Shown: positions 1 to 10,444 of the stretch, one piece after another
Layout of the letters: each line of letters starts with the position of its first letter
How positions within the stretch are numbered: the first letter of the stretch is position 1
Source of the DNA: Eledone cirrhosa
Taxonomy: Eukaryota
Direction of reading: 5' to 3'
Assembly (NCBI GenBank): GCA_964016885.1
Contig: OZ024747.1
Location: 34,596,001 to 34,660,000 of the forward strand
DNA: 64,000 nucleotides
Made by a program: the position numbers and the translations under genes
The notes under the pieces: generated by a model
What the model was told of the DNA's origin: nothing
Database searches by the model: none
The model's input: only the letters and a program-made list of their open reading frames with translations

Positions 1-1995
1 GACAATTTCCTTTTAATGGGCAGTTTGCTTTGTTTCTACAGTTACAACCTTTCGTTAATTCTGTATTTGAGGAGATATTATGGTTAGTTTGATGTATTGG
101 TGGTATACTTATGGTATTCTTACATTTATATGCATTATAGGCACTTATATTTTGTTTTATGTTATTTGTTGTTGAGTATGAGAATTTAACTGTAGACCTA
201 TTTAAGATTTGATGGTATTTGTGGTTTGGCGGGAAGTTTTTCTCTAGGATATAAAAAAATTTTTTAGCAATATTATCCTTAATTTGTAAATTAAATGGAG
301 CATTATACCAAGTAACCCGTCTATTACGGTTTCTATGTTGTTTATTATTTGTATAGGTTGTATCGTGATGTTTACTAGGAGGATTAATGTTAATGATCTC
401 ACCACGCACATTTTTAGTTAGATTTGTAGATTTAGGTGTTTTATCTTGTTTATTAGGAGTTTTATTATTAACATTTATTAGAGTTGTATGATGAGTAGTT
501 TTTTGAGAGTTACTATACTTTATTTTAGAAGAGTTGGTATTTTGGGGTATAGTGTGGGTGGCATTTAGGTGTGTACTTTTCATTTGGTGTTTGTTGGTAA
601 TATTAGGTTGTATGTTTATAGTATTTTTAGTAGAAGGTATATATTCTAATCTATTTTTGTGGCCACTTCTATCTAGAGCTTCATTATAGAAGGTCGCATT
701 TTTATCAAATACATCTTGGTTAGAAGAAAGGTTAGAAATTCTAAGTGATATATTATATGCAAGGTTTTTAAGGATAGATTTAGGGTGATTAGATTGTGAG
801 TGTATGTAGTGTAAGTTTTGGTTGGGTTTATGGTAAGGTTGGTAGATACCCGTAGCTAAGTCTAAAGTTATATCTAGGAAATTTACTACTTTACTTGTTT
901 TTTCAAAAGTAATATGAAGACTATAATAGTCTTTAAGGAAAGTTCTAATATGCTTTTTGTTTTTTTCTATTTCTGAAAGGCTAAGGTTGTTGGAAAGAAG
1001 AAGACAGTCATCATGATATAAACCACCTTTAAGGTGGGGAAAGGAGGCATTTATGTTGAAATATCAAATAGATTACTATATGTGTTTCTGGTCCAGTATT
1101 CATTCTGAAATTCAATAAGTGTTAGTCTAGCATGTGTAATAATATTAATGTCATCCAAAGTTAAGTTAGATCTATTTTTAGCAAATATCAATGCTTTGTT
1201 CAGGAGTATAGTTGATATAGAAGAATAGTAATTATCTATATCAAATTGTAGAAATGAAGCAGAAGATTTACATCTAATATTTTTAAACCAGTTAATTACC
1301 TGGGAAGTGTTTTCCCAGAGTGGTAAAATATTATGTTTTCTTATTTGTGGGATGACTCTTTCCAAAATTTTTTGGCTAATTATTCCAATATCAGATTTGG
1401 AGGGACATATAAGTCTTATAGAAGGATTTGAGTTAAAGTTTGATTTATGATCCTTCAGGTTGCAGTGTGGTCTGTTCAATGCCAAAGGTTCAGTTCTATC
1501 TTCAATGTTTAGTTTTTTTACTATGTTGTGTGTTTTGTTGTTGATGTTGGTGAGTGACGCATTATTAGATTTTTTATAATTTTTCCTGAGTTCTTTATAT
1601 ATGAACTCATTATAATCTTCAATATCCATGTGATACAAGTTACCAGTTTTGTCCGAGTGGACATGGATTTTTTTAGACTTTTTTAGGTCCAATAGGGTAG
1701 AATCAAGGTCCTTTTGAAAGACAGATTTATACTTTTTAAATTTGAGGTGTTTAATTAAATTAAAAAGGTCTTTCTCAAAGTCTTCAAGCAAAGAGTTGTG
1801 TGGTGGATTCTTGTAAGTATTGAAATCATACATATATTTCCTATCTGCATATTTAGATTTTTTATCGAAGTGGTAGGCCCTCCATCTAAATCTTCTGATA
1901 AATTGGTTAGTTTTTTGAATCATAAGGAGTAAGAAATCATCCTTAGAAGGTATTGGTATGTTCTTTAAAGAGGTTCCCAAATATTGTTTTTCCAT
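1..1995 (-). mobile_element. Penelope-like retroelement ORF (RT, possibly Naiad-type), decayed; GIY-YIG end lies off the window
   Basis: ORF 1051..2016 has [44 protein letters not shown] and FLQFDIDNYYSSI. After a deletion/frameshift near 1055 (the MGAxDSAEVxDL block is missing relative to the 24.8 kb copy) the minus strand continues GGLYHDD (~1007-1027), NFLDITLDL, WYNAPF and GCNCRNKANCPLKGNC at the window edge. Confidence 0.9.
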
Positions 1996-2289
1996 TGTGA
2001 TATGGATGATGGACAATTGAAAGAGCTCAACTAAATGTATATGGGTTTACAAAATCATACATATATATGTATATACATAAATATAAAATTAACACACACA
2101 TACAGTACAAAAATACGAATATTTCCGTGAAAATTGGAGCAAAATTATGTAGATAAATCTACCAAGAGTTTACGGTAGTGTCCAATCCGTATGAAGAACT
2201 CAATGTAATCCGGATATCATGGAAAGAAGAGATGCAATGAAAAATCACTTTCGGTGAAAGATAAACGGAATACAGAGTCAAGATAAAAT

Positions 2290-2628
2290 ATTTAAAAAAT
2301 AATGAATAAAACAATGAAACAGTTCCTTATATTAAACAAAAAAAGTTCATTATTTAACGATCGTTTCTAGGATATATATGTGTTAGAATTGGCATGCATA
2401 TTCAACAGATCTATGTACAAAATTATACAAAATTATACAAACTATCAAAATTAAATATACATAGCAAACACATATATATGCCGTCTTCAGAAATAATGAA
2501 ATATATTTATTGATAATAACAACAATTCAAAATTACAGGTCTGTTTGGGAGCAGAGTTCAAATTGACCAATGAAAATACAAAAAGTTTATACAGTTAGGT
2601 GTGTGTATATATATGTAAGTAACTTCGT
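2290..2628 (-). repeat. pLTR-like segment upstream of the PLE ORF; inverted copy at 6644-6985
   Basis: 2290-2628 is the near-exact reverse complement of 6644-6985 (e.g. ACAGTTAGGTGTGTGTATATATATGTAAGTAACTTCGT versus ACGAAGTTACTTACATATATATACACACACCTAACTGT). Confidence 0.88.
2346..2500 (-). ncRNA. Type I hammerhead ribozyme with extended stem II (mirror of 6772-6926)
   Basis: Minus strand reads TTCATTATTT-CTGAAGA-[long stem II region]-GAAAC-GATC-GTT-AAATAATGAA. Confidence 0.7.
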
Positions 2629-2759
2629 TCACAGATATGCATAAAGATATATGTTCACATGCATACGCATGCCAAAAAGATGTATATAAATACAAAAATC
2701 CAAGGCTAATGTCTCTGTATGTTTATAATCTACAGATAAAATACGTATGCACATATAAA

Positions 2760-3224
2760 TATTAAATAAATATATACACACATTCATATACTCACACATA
2801 TACGTACATTCACACACACACGCGCGTATACGCATAAACATACACACAACCACGAACATACATACACACATACACCCCCACACACATATATATGTGTGTA
2901 TATACTATTATCATAAGCATATGGACATTAATGCGCGCACATAAACGCTGCCACACATATTTAGATCCAGATACAGAAAGTAAGTGTGGGGGGGGGGGGA
3001 AGAGGTCAGTATTCACCGGTGTCAACAGACTGCCTATTTATAAATGTATCTATAAACTTAGAAATAAAAAGAAAAGAAAAAGAAAAAAGAAATATATCAA
3101 GAGAATATATCTATATATATATACATACAGACACACACATATATATACATATATACACACACATATATATACATAGACATATATATAAACAAGTAAAATA
3201 TAAAATATACATCGATATACATAC

Positions 3225-3261
<37 letters not shown>

Positions 3262-3483
3262 TACATGCATATACATACATATACATACACATATACACAA
3301 ACACATACATACACATACATATACATACATACACCATATAAATACACATACACATACACACACGCATACATATAGAGACACATACATATACACATATAAA
3401 TACATAGACATATACACACATATATATATATATATACATACACATACACGCATACATATATATATATACATTCACAACACACG

Positions 3484-3541
<58 letters not shown>

Positions 3542-3771
3542 TCTACACACATATATAAATACACTCATGTATATACACACATACACATACATACCCACAC
3601 ATAAATATATATATATGTATATATACACACATATACACATACATACACATATACACATATACATATATATATATGTATATATATACACACCCATATATAT
3701 ATACACACACACATACACACACATACACATACACATATATAAAGATATATATACACACACACCCACATATA

Positions 3772-3840
<69 letters not shown>

Positions 3841-4169
3841 CACACACATACATATATATACACACATACATACACACACATACATACTCATACATAGACA
3901 TACATATATACACACACACACATACACACATACATATACGCATATATACACATACATAAACATCCATGTATGCGTATATACATACAAAACAAACACCACC
4001 GCACGCTCACACAACTCAGACATACATAGATAAAGGGATATACATACATGTATATACATATATAAATAGAGATACATATACATATATAAATATATACACA
4101 CATACACACACAAACACACATACATATACATACATACATACATACATACATATACACACACATACACAC

Positions 4170-4216
<47 letters not shown>

Positions 4217-4360
4217 CATATATATATACACACACATACATATACATATATATAAAAAAATAAAGAAATAAGATAAATAGATAAATAAATAAATTAATAC
4301 ACACAGTCAGACAAATATGCACACACATACATATACATATATATATACACACACACATAC

Positions 4361-4453
<93 letters not shown>

Positions 4454-4499
4454 TACATACACACATATACACATATATACACACATACATACATCAACT

Positions 4500-4560
<61 letters not shown>
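2760..4560. repeat. Compound (TA)n/(CA)n/(TACA)n microsatellite field
   Basis: Directly visible; it generates the YIYI/CVCV pseudo-ORFs. Confidence 0.97.
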
Positions 4561-4562
<2 letters not shown>

Positions 4563-4719
4563 GATTTAATGCTCTGAAATAGCGATACATATGTGAAGAC
4601 AAACATAGAATATTCGAAAATATTCTGTATGTTTATAATAAACATTTTGAAGACCTAATCGCTATAGAATAGAATACATCACGTATTACAATTTGAGATT
4701 CTCGATAAAAGCAAGGGAA

Positions 4720-4762
4720 GTAACCTACGCGTTTCATTCTTATTAGAAATCATCAGGATTAC
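4720..4762 (-). ncRNA. Minimal type I hammerhead ribozyme (mirror of 5020-5062)
   Basis: Reverse complement of the 5020-5062 motif, in the left palindrome arm. Confidence 0.85.
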
Positions 4763-5019
4763 ATATCCAGTGCTTTTATCGAGAATGACACAGCTAGAGA
4801 CTTATAGAATACTTAGCTGTGTACAGGAACTGGTTTGAAAGAGCGGTTGCCGGTCCGGCAGAAATTAGAATTTGGATTTAAATATCGCTATTTCAGAGCA
4901 TTAAATCCAAATTCTATTTTCTGCCGGACCGGCAACCGCTCTTTCAAACCAGTTCCTGTACACAGCTAAGTATTCTATAAGTCTCTAGCTGTGTCATTCT
5001 CGATAAAAGCACTGGATAT

Positions 5020-5062
5020 GTAATCCTGATGATTTCTAATAAGAATGAAACGCGTAGGTTAC
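5020..5062 (+). ncRNA. Minimal type I hammerhead ribozyme
   Basis: GTAATC-CTGATGA-T-TTCT-AATA-AGAA-T-GAAAC-GC-GTA-GGTTAC. Stem I is GTAATC/GGTTAC, stem III is the palindrome ACGCGT and the cleavage triplet is GUA. An outer helix TTCTCGATAAAAGCA/TGCTTTTATCGAGAA flanks it. Confidence 0.88.
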
Positions 5063-5699
5063 TTCCCTTGCTTTTATCGAGAATCTCAAATTGTAATACG
5101 TGATGTATTCTATTCTATAGCGATTAGGTCTTCAAAATGTTTATTATAAACATACAGAATATTTTCGAATATTCTATGTTTGTCTTCATATATATATATA
5201 TATAATATATATAATATATATATACACACACTCACATATACATGCGCACATACGTACACATATACACATACACACATATACACATAGACATATACATGTG
5301 CCTACATATACAAACACACATATACCCACATAAATACATAGATACATATATATATATACACATATATATACACACATATATATATATACACACATATATA
5401 TACATATATATATATATACACACAATCATACACCCTTATTTACATGCGCACATATGTATTTTTATACTCACATACAAACACCCAAACATACATACCTACC
5501 TACATATACATACATACATCCACGCTTACAAATAATAATAGTAGGGGGGGTGGAAAAAAGGGGTGGGGGAAGGGGATTATAGTAAATATAGGTTTCAAGA
5601 AACATAGAATATTAATCTGCATTTAGATCATAATATGTGTTTACATAGTTTCAGTATTAGGAAATGTAAGAAAGAAGGCAAAATTATGCATTTCAATAT

Positions 5700-6640
5700 A
5701 AGTATACCATTAATTATAGGTTAACTAAACTAAAGATAGTTAATATATTGATTTCTAAGGTGTATACTACTTAGGTTTATAATATTTGAAGCGGAATTTT
5801 GAAGTTAAATAGTAGTAGAGTATTAATTATAGTATAACTAAATTAAAATTATTAACGTTATGGTATCAATATTAGGAAATGAATTTAGTAATAGGGAAAA
5901 ACAAATAAAGTATTACATCGGTAGTAGAATATAAATTATAGGTTAACTAAATTAAAAATTATATATTAATTTCTATAGTATATGTTAATTAGGTTTATAA
6001 TAATTAAAATAGATATTGTATTTTATCTATAGTAGAATATAATTATAGGTAAACAGAAATTAAAATTAAAATTAAAATTAATACATACACATATACATAT
6101 ACATATATATATACATATATATATACATACATACATATATATACATACATATACATATTTTTTCAAAAATTGCAAACAATATATTAACTAGGTATACATC
6201 CAAAACCTATCTCAGTCTATGATTACATGACATTCTGCAATCCATCTGTATTAGGATATTAATTTTAAGCCAATTAAATTAAATTTTTAGGTTGACCAAA
6301 TTTAAAACCAAATTATAAATATATTTCTAAAAATGTACATTAATTAGGTCTATAATACTAAAAAATATTTCTCTGTCATTGAATACACGATATTTTGCTA
6401 TATTTTATCTGTAAAGGAATTTAAATAAAAGGTTAAATAAATTAAAATTAATCTATAAATTAATTTACGAAGTATATATTAGTAATATTTAAAAGTTTTT
6501 CACAATTTATGATTACGCAATATTTTATAATCTCATCTGTAGTAGAATTTTAATTAAATTAAATTTATAGGTTAACTAACATTTAAATTAAATTATATAT
6601 TAATTTCTAAAATAATGTTATTAATTAGGTTTATAATATT
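5700..6640. repeat. Degenerate AT-rich tandem repeat
   Basis: The block TATAGGTTAACTAAA...ATTAATTTCTA...TTAGGTTTATAAT recurs near 5715, 5937, 6287 and 6567. Confidence 0.6.
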
Positions 6641-6643
6641 TAA

Positions 6644-6985
6644 ACGAAGTTACTTACATATATATACACACACCTAACTGTATAAACTTTTTGTATTTTC
6701 ATTGGTCAATTTGAACTCTGCTCCCAAACAGACCTGTAATTTTGAATTGTTGTTATTATCAATAAATATATTTCATTATTTCTGAAGACGGCATATATAT
6801 GTGTTTGGTATGTATATTTAATTTTGATAGTTTGTATAATTTTGTATAATTTTGTACATAGATCTGTTGAATATGCATGCCAATTCTAACACATACATAT
6901 CCTAGAAACGATCGTTAAATAATGAACTTTTTTTGTTTAATATAGGGAACTGTTTCATTGTTTTATTCATTATTTTTTTAATATT
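6644..6985 (+). repeat. Inverted pLTR copy of 2290-2628
   Basis: Reverse-complement identity with few substitutions; it ends in (TA)n. Confidence 0.88.
6772..6926 (+). ncRNA. Type I hammerhead ribozyme with ~116-nt stem II region
   Basis: 10-bp stem I TTCATTATTT (6772-6781)/AAATAATGAA (6917-6926), CTGAAGA at 6782-6788, GAAAC at 6905-6909, palindromic ACGATCGT stem III and GUU triplet. Confidence 0.72.
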
Positions 6986-7062
6986 TTATATATATATATA
7001 TATATTGGTGCTATTAAATTCGATATGACAGGACCAATACTGGCCGAAACCTAACAAATTTT

Positions 7063-7243
7063 GGAGATTCGCATTATCGGTATGGAATCGGACGCCATTC
7101 TTTGCAGCGTAGAGTTACGTTCCTTTTCGATCTGAGATCAAATCCAACCGAGATTATCTTTGCCTTTCATCTTTATGGGGTCGATATCTAAAGAACTAGT
7201 AATGCTCTGGAATAATTGCTGGCCTTGTGCCAAAAGTAGAAAC
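7063..7243 (+). mobile_element. tRNA-derived SINE (Deu/Nin-domain type), diverged copy
   Basis: TTTGCCTTTCATCTTTATGGGGTCGATA core and GCTGGCCTTGTGCCAAAAGTAGAAAC tail shared with the other copies in the window. Confidence 0.8.
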
Positions 7244-7406
7244 AGTTATTTATATATATATATATATCAAGTACTAATATTTTAAAATCAGCGAGCCAGT
7301 TTAAAATTATTGTAAATGTAAGCTATCGCCGTATTTTGACTAAAGAAATTATTTAGCCTGATAGTGGGGTTAAGAACCATCGGAGAAAATGGAAAAAGAT
7401 GAGTAT

Positions 7407-7478
7407 TGACGTACATGGGATTCGAACCCACCTCTTTGGTTATCCAGACCACTGTGCTACCTTTTACACCAACACATC
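7407..7478 (-). pseudogene. tRNA-like cloverleaf (GGA anticodon, short variable arm), repeat-borne
   Basis: GATGTGT-TG-GTGT-AAAAGGTA-GCAC-A-GTGGT-CTGGATA-ACCAA-AGAG-GTGGG-TTCGAAT-CCCAT-GTACGTC-A, 72 nt with A and B boxes. Confidence 0.7.
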
Positions 7479-7692
7479 ACCCGTCTTATTTCATTCAAAT
7501 TAGAAGCTATAATCTGCGACGGTGCTTAACCCCACCATCAGACTAAATAATTTCTTTAATTTCTTTAGTCAAAATACGGCGATAGCTTTCATTTACAATA
7601 ATTTCAAACTCGCTCTCTGATTCTAAAATATTAGTACTTAACATTACAGTTGCTAAGATTATAGCTTCTAATTTGAATGGAAAAAGACGGCT

Positions 7693-7764
7693 GATGTGTT
7701 GGTGTAAATGGTAGCACAGTGGTCTGGATAACCAAAGATGTGGGTTGGACTCCCATGTACATCA
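7693..7764 (+). pseudogene. tRNA-like cloverleaf copy with mutated T-loop
   Basis: Same 72-nt unit as 7407-7478, but the T-loop reads TTGGACT. Confidence 0.65.
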
Positions 7765-9272
7765 ATACTCATCTTTTTCCATTTTCTCCGAGGGTACTTA
7801 ACCCCACTATCATGCTAAATAATTTATTTAATTCATTTAGTCAAAATACGGCGATAGCTTACATTTACAATAATATATATATATATATATACTGCCAAAT
7901 TTACGTTAAAGATACAATGTCTGAGAATATCAGAAGCATGCACCATATCACCTGTGGAAGAAGCTCAAATATTTCAAGAATTAAATCCGAGCATTTATTA
8001 ACATTAAATTAAAAGTCCAATGAATGACTAATATATATAAAATAAACACATCAATCTATTGCAGGGGATAATTTGTAACGAGTGGAAACACACATATTTA
8101 ACAAGGTATAATATAAAAAATTAACAAGAACATTGAATATAGATATCTTGCAATAATGATTAATCTCCTTTTTATATATTCCATTGAAGAAGTATCTTTC
8201 ACCATTAATCGGTGAATCATAGATGTCAAATCTTGGATCATCGGCAAAGGAGATTTAACTATCCATGATTACACAATAACAGCAAATCAGGGAATAACGA
8301 CGAAAAGCCCATGTGGTTTTAAAAAGAAATCGGCCCGCCGTCAAGATAGTGGCATGAATAGGTTTATCGACAGCTAGAAATAGCAGCCGAGTCCTTTCAA
8401 CATAAAACTCTGCTAAGGAGCCGTAAACTAATTTTGGTATATATATGTTATAGAGTAAAATGACAGGAGGCCGGACTGGTGAAATTCCTTCAAAGATATA
8501 TTTCAGCAAACATTATGTACATATCAATGGCCAGATTACGTAAGATCCTGGGGACATCGTCAGCTGTATATTGTATAATAATTATATAATGATGGAATAA
8601 TGGTAAACACAGTCCAAGATGCTATAAAAAGAGAAAGCAGATAAAAAACAGGGAAAAATGTTTTTGATCGAAGGCGATCAAGAGGGGGGCCAATTGATGT
8701 CAGTCTGGTTCACCGACTTCGATTGGGAATTCTCAACTATTTTGTCTTACCGGTTTGGTCAGGGGGTGGTGTGTTTAGTATGCATATTAATTCTGCCCTG
8801 CCATTCACTGCTATTTGGATACATAATACTGGTAAAGGAGATCAGGTTACAGGGAAAGTTGAAAAAGGAGACCGAACGTAAGTCCTGAATCCGTATTAAC
8901 AGCACGAGCGTGAGCGAAGAGAAAAACGTCTGATCATAGCGAGAACAGTTGCAAAGAGTGACGAAGGAAAAGGGAAGTGAGAATGGGAGGTGAGAAATGG
9001 TAAGGGAGCAGAGAGAGAGAGAGAGGGCGGAGAAATGACATGGATGGTAAAAGAGAAATAGAATAAGTGAGTGTTTCTCTTACGTTTTCTAAATAATAAT
9101 TATTACTAACCTCACAGCCCCTTTGCCACTTTTAATTCATATTTATTTAATGCTGTGACCTCCGTTATGTCCACCCTATCTCGTTTCTTGTTGTTAGTTC
9201 GGATTTTGAACTTAAGTTCTGCCATTTTGGATTAACTATTTTCCATCTTCTATTATTTCTCTTTCTTACTCG

Positions 9273-9692
9273 AACGAAATTTCATTCTCACTCTTAGTAC
9301 GGCTGTTACTTAAATATAAGTATGTATATACATATATGTATACAGACGTACAGTAATATGTATATATATATATATACATACATGCACACATATATATATA
9401 TGTACTTATATTTAAGTAACAGCCGTACTAAGAGTGAGAAATGAAATTTCGTTTCATTTTTTCCGTTTATCCTTTTCGGTACCCCGGCCGATTAACTCAC
9501 TCGATATGCAAATTAGGCTGCTCAGCCGTTAATATGCATAAGGAAAGTTTATACTGACGATAGCTAATATGCTTGAAACTAGTACAGCGTTCCATTGTCA
9601 GGGTTGAACAAATGAGCAACGATGGTTGCTAGACACTGTACGACTTAATTCGGGATGTTTGTTTACAAACACACCGGGCATTATAATAAATG

Positions 9693-9737
<45 letters not shown>

Positions 9738-9748
9738 ATGTATGTATA

Positions 9749-9786
<38 letters not shown>

Positions 9787-10295
9787 CTACTGTACGTATG
9801 TATACATATATGTATGTACGTATACATACTTATATTTAAGTAACAGCCGTACTAAGATTGAGAAATGAAATTTCCTTTCATTTTTTTCGTTTATTGTTTT
9901 CGGTACCCCACTCGATATGCAAATTAGGCTGCTCACCCGTATTAAATATGCATAAGGAAACTATATACTTTCAGACGGTCAAAGATATACGTTGCTGACG
10001 ATGGCTAATAAGCTTCAAACTAGTACAGCGTTCCTTTGTCAGAGTTGAACAAATGAGCAACGATGGTTGCTAGACACTGTACGGCGTAATTCGGGATGTT
10101 TGTTTACAAATATACCGGGCATTATAATAAATGTTCGGTGAATCCATACATACATATATATATATATATGTGTGCATGTATGTATATATATATATACATA
10201 TTACTGTACGTCTTTATACATATATGTATGTACGTATACATACTTATATTTAAGTAACAGCCGTACTAAGAGTGAGAAATGAAATTTCGTTTCAT
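9273..10295 (+). mobile_element. Hammerhead-bearing ~420 bp tandem repeat with short 5' inverted copy (PLE pLTR/retrozyme-like)
   Basis: AAGTAACAGCCGTACTAAG(A)..GAGAAATGAAATTTC occurs at ~9414, ~9838 and ~10252 and is inverted at 9273-9320. A related inverted fragment lies at 24016-24062. Each full unit has CTGACGA...(G/C)AAACTAGTA. Confidence 0.8.
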
Positions 10296-10306
10296 TTTTT
10301 TCCCTC

Positions 10307-10391
<85 letters not shown>

Positions 10392-10444
10392 GAAATATAT
10401 CCTCAAAATTAATGTAAAAACATATTAATAAAAAAGTATGATGG

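Larger units (their letters stand above)
4594..5188. repeat. ~595 bp near-perfect palindrome (arms ~288 bp, 19-nt spacer 4882-4900)
   Basis: TGAAGACAAACATAGAATATTCG at the left end matches CGAATATTCTATGTTTGTCTTCA at the right end; the arms match through to the spacer and (TA)n flanks both sides. Confidence 0.95.
7268..7870. mobile_element. tRNA-like ~270 bp repeat in inverted plus partial tandem arrangement
   Basis: 7268-7514 is the reverse complement of sequence within 7527-7870. TTTAGTCAAAATACGGCGATAGC recurs at ~7565 and ~7837. A third copy lies at 28722-28960. Confidence 0.8.

Noticed and set aside
2629-5626. Many long ORFs rich in YI, CV and HT dipeptides (also at 9.6, 13-16, 22-24, 27-28 and 33-34 kb)
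   Set aside because: They are translations of (TA)n/(CA)n microsatellites, which lack stop codons.
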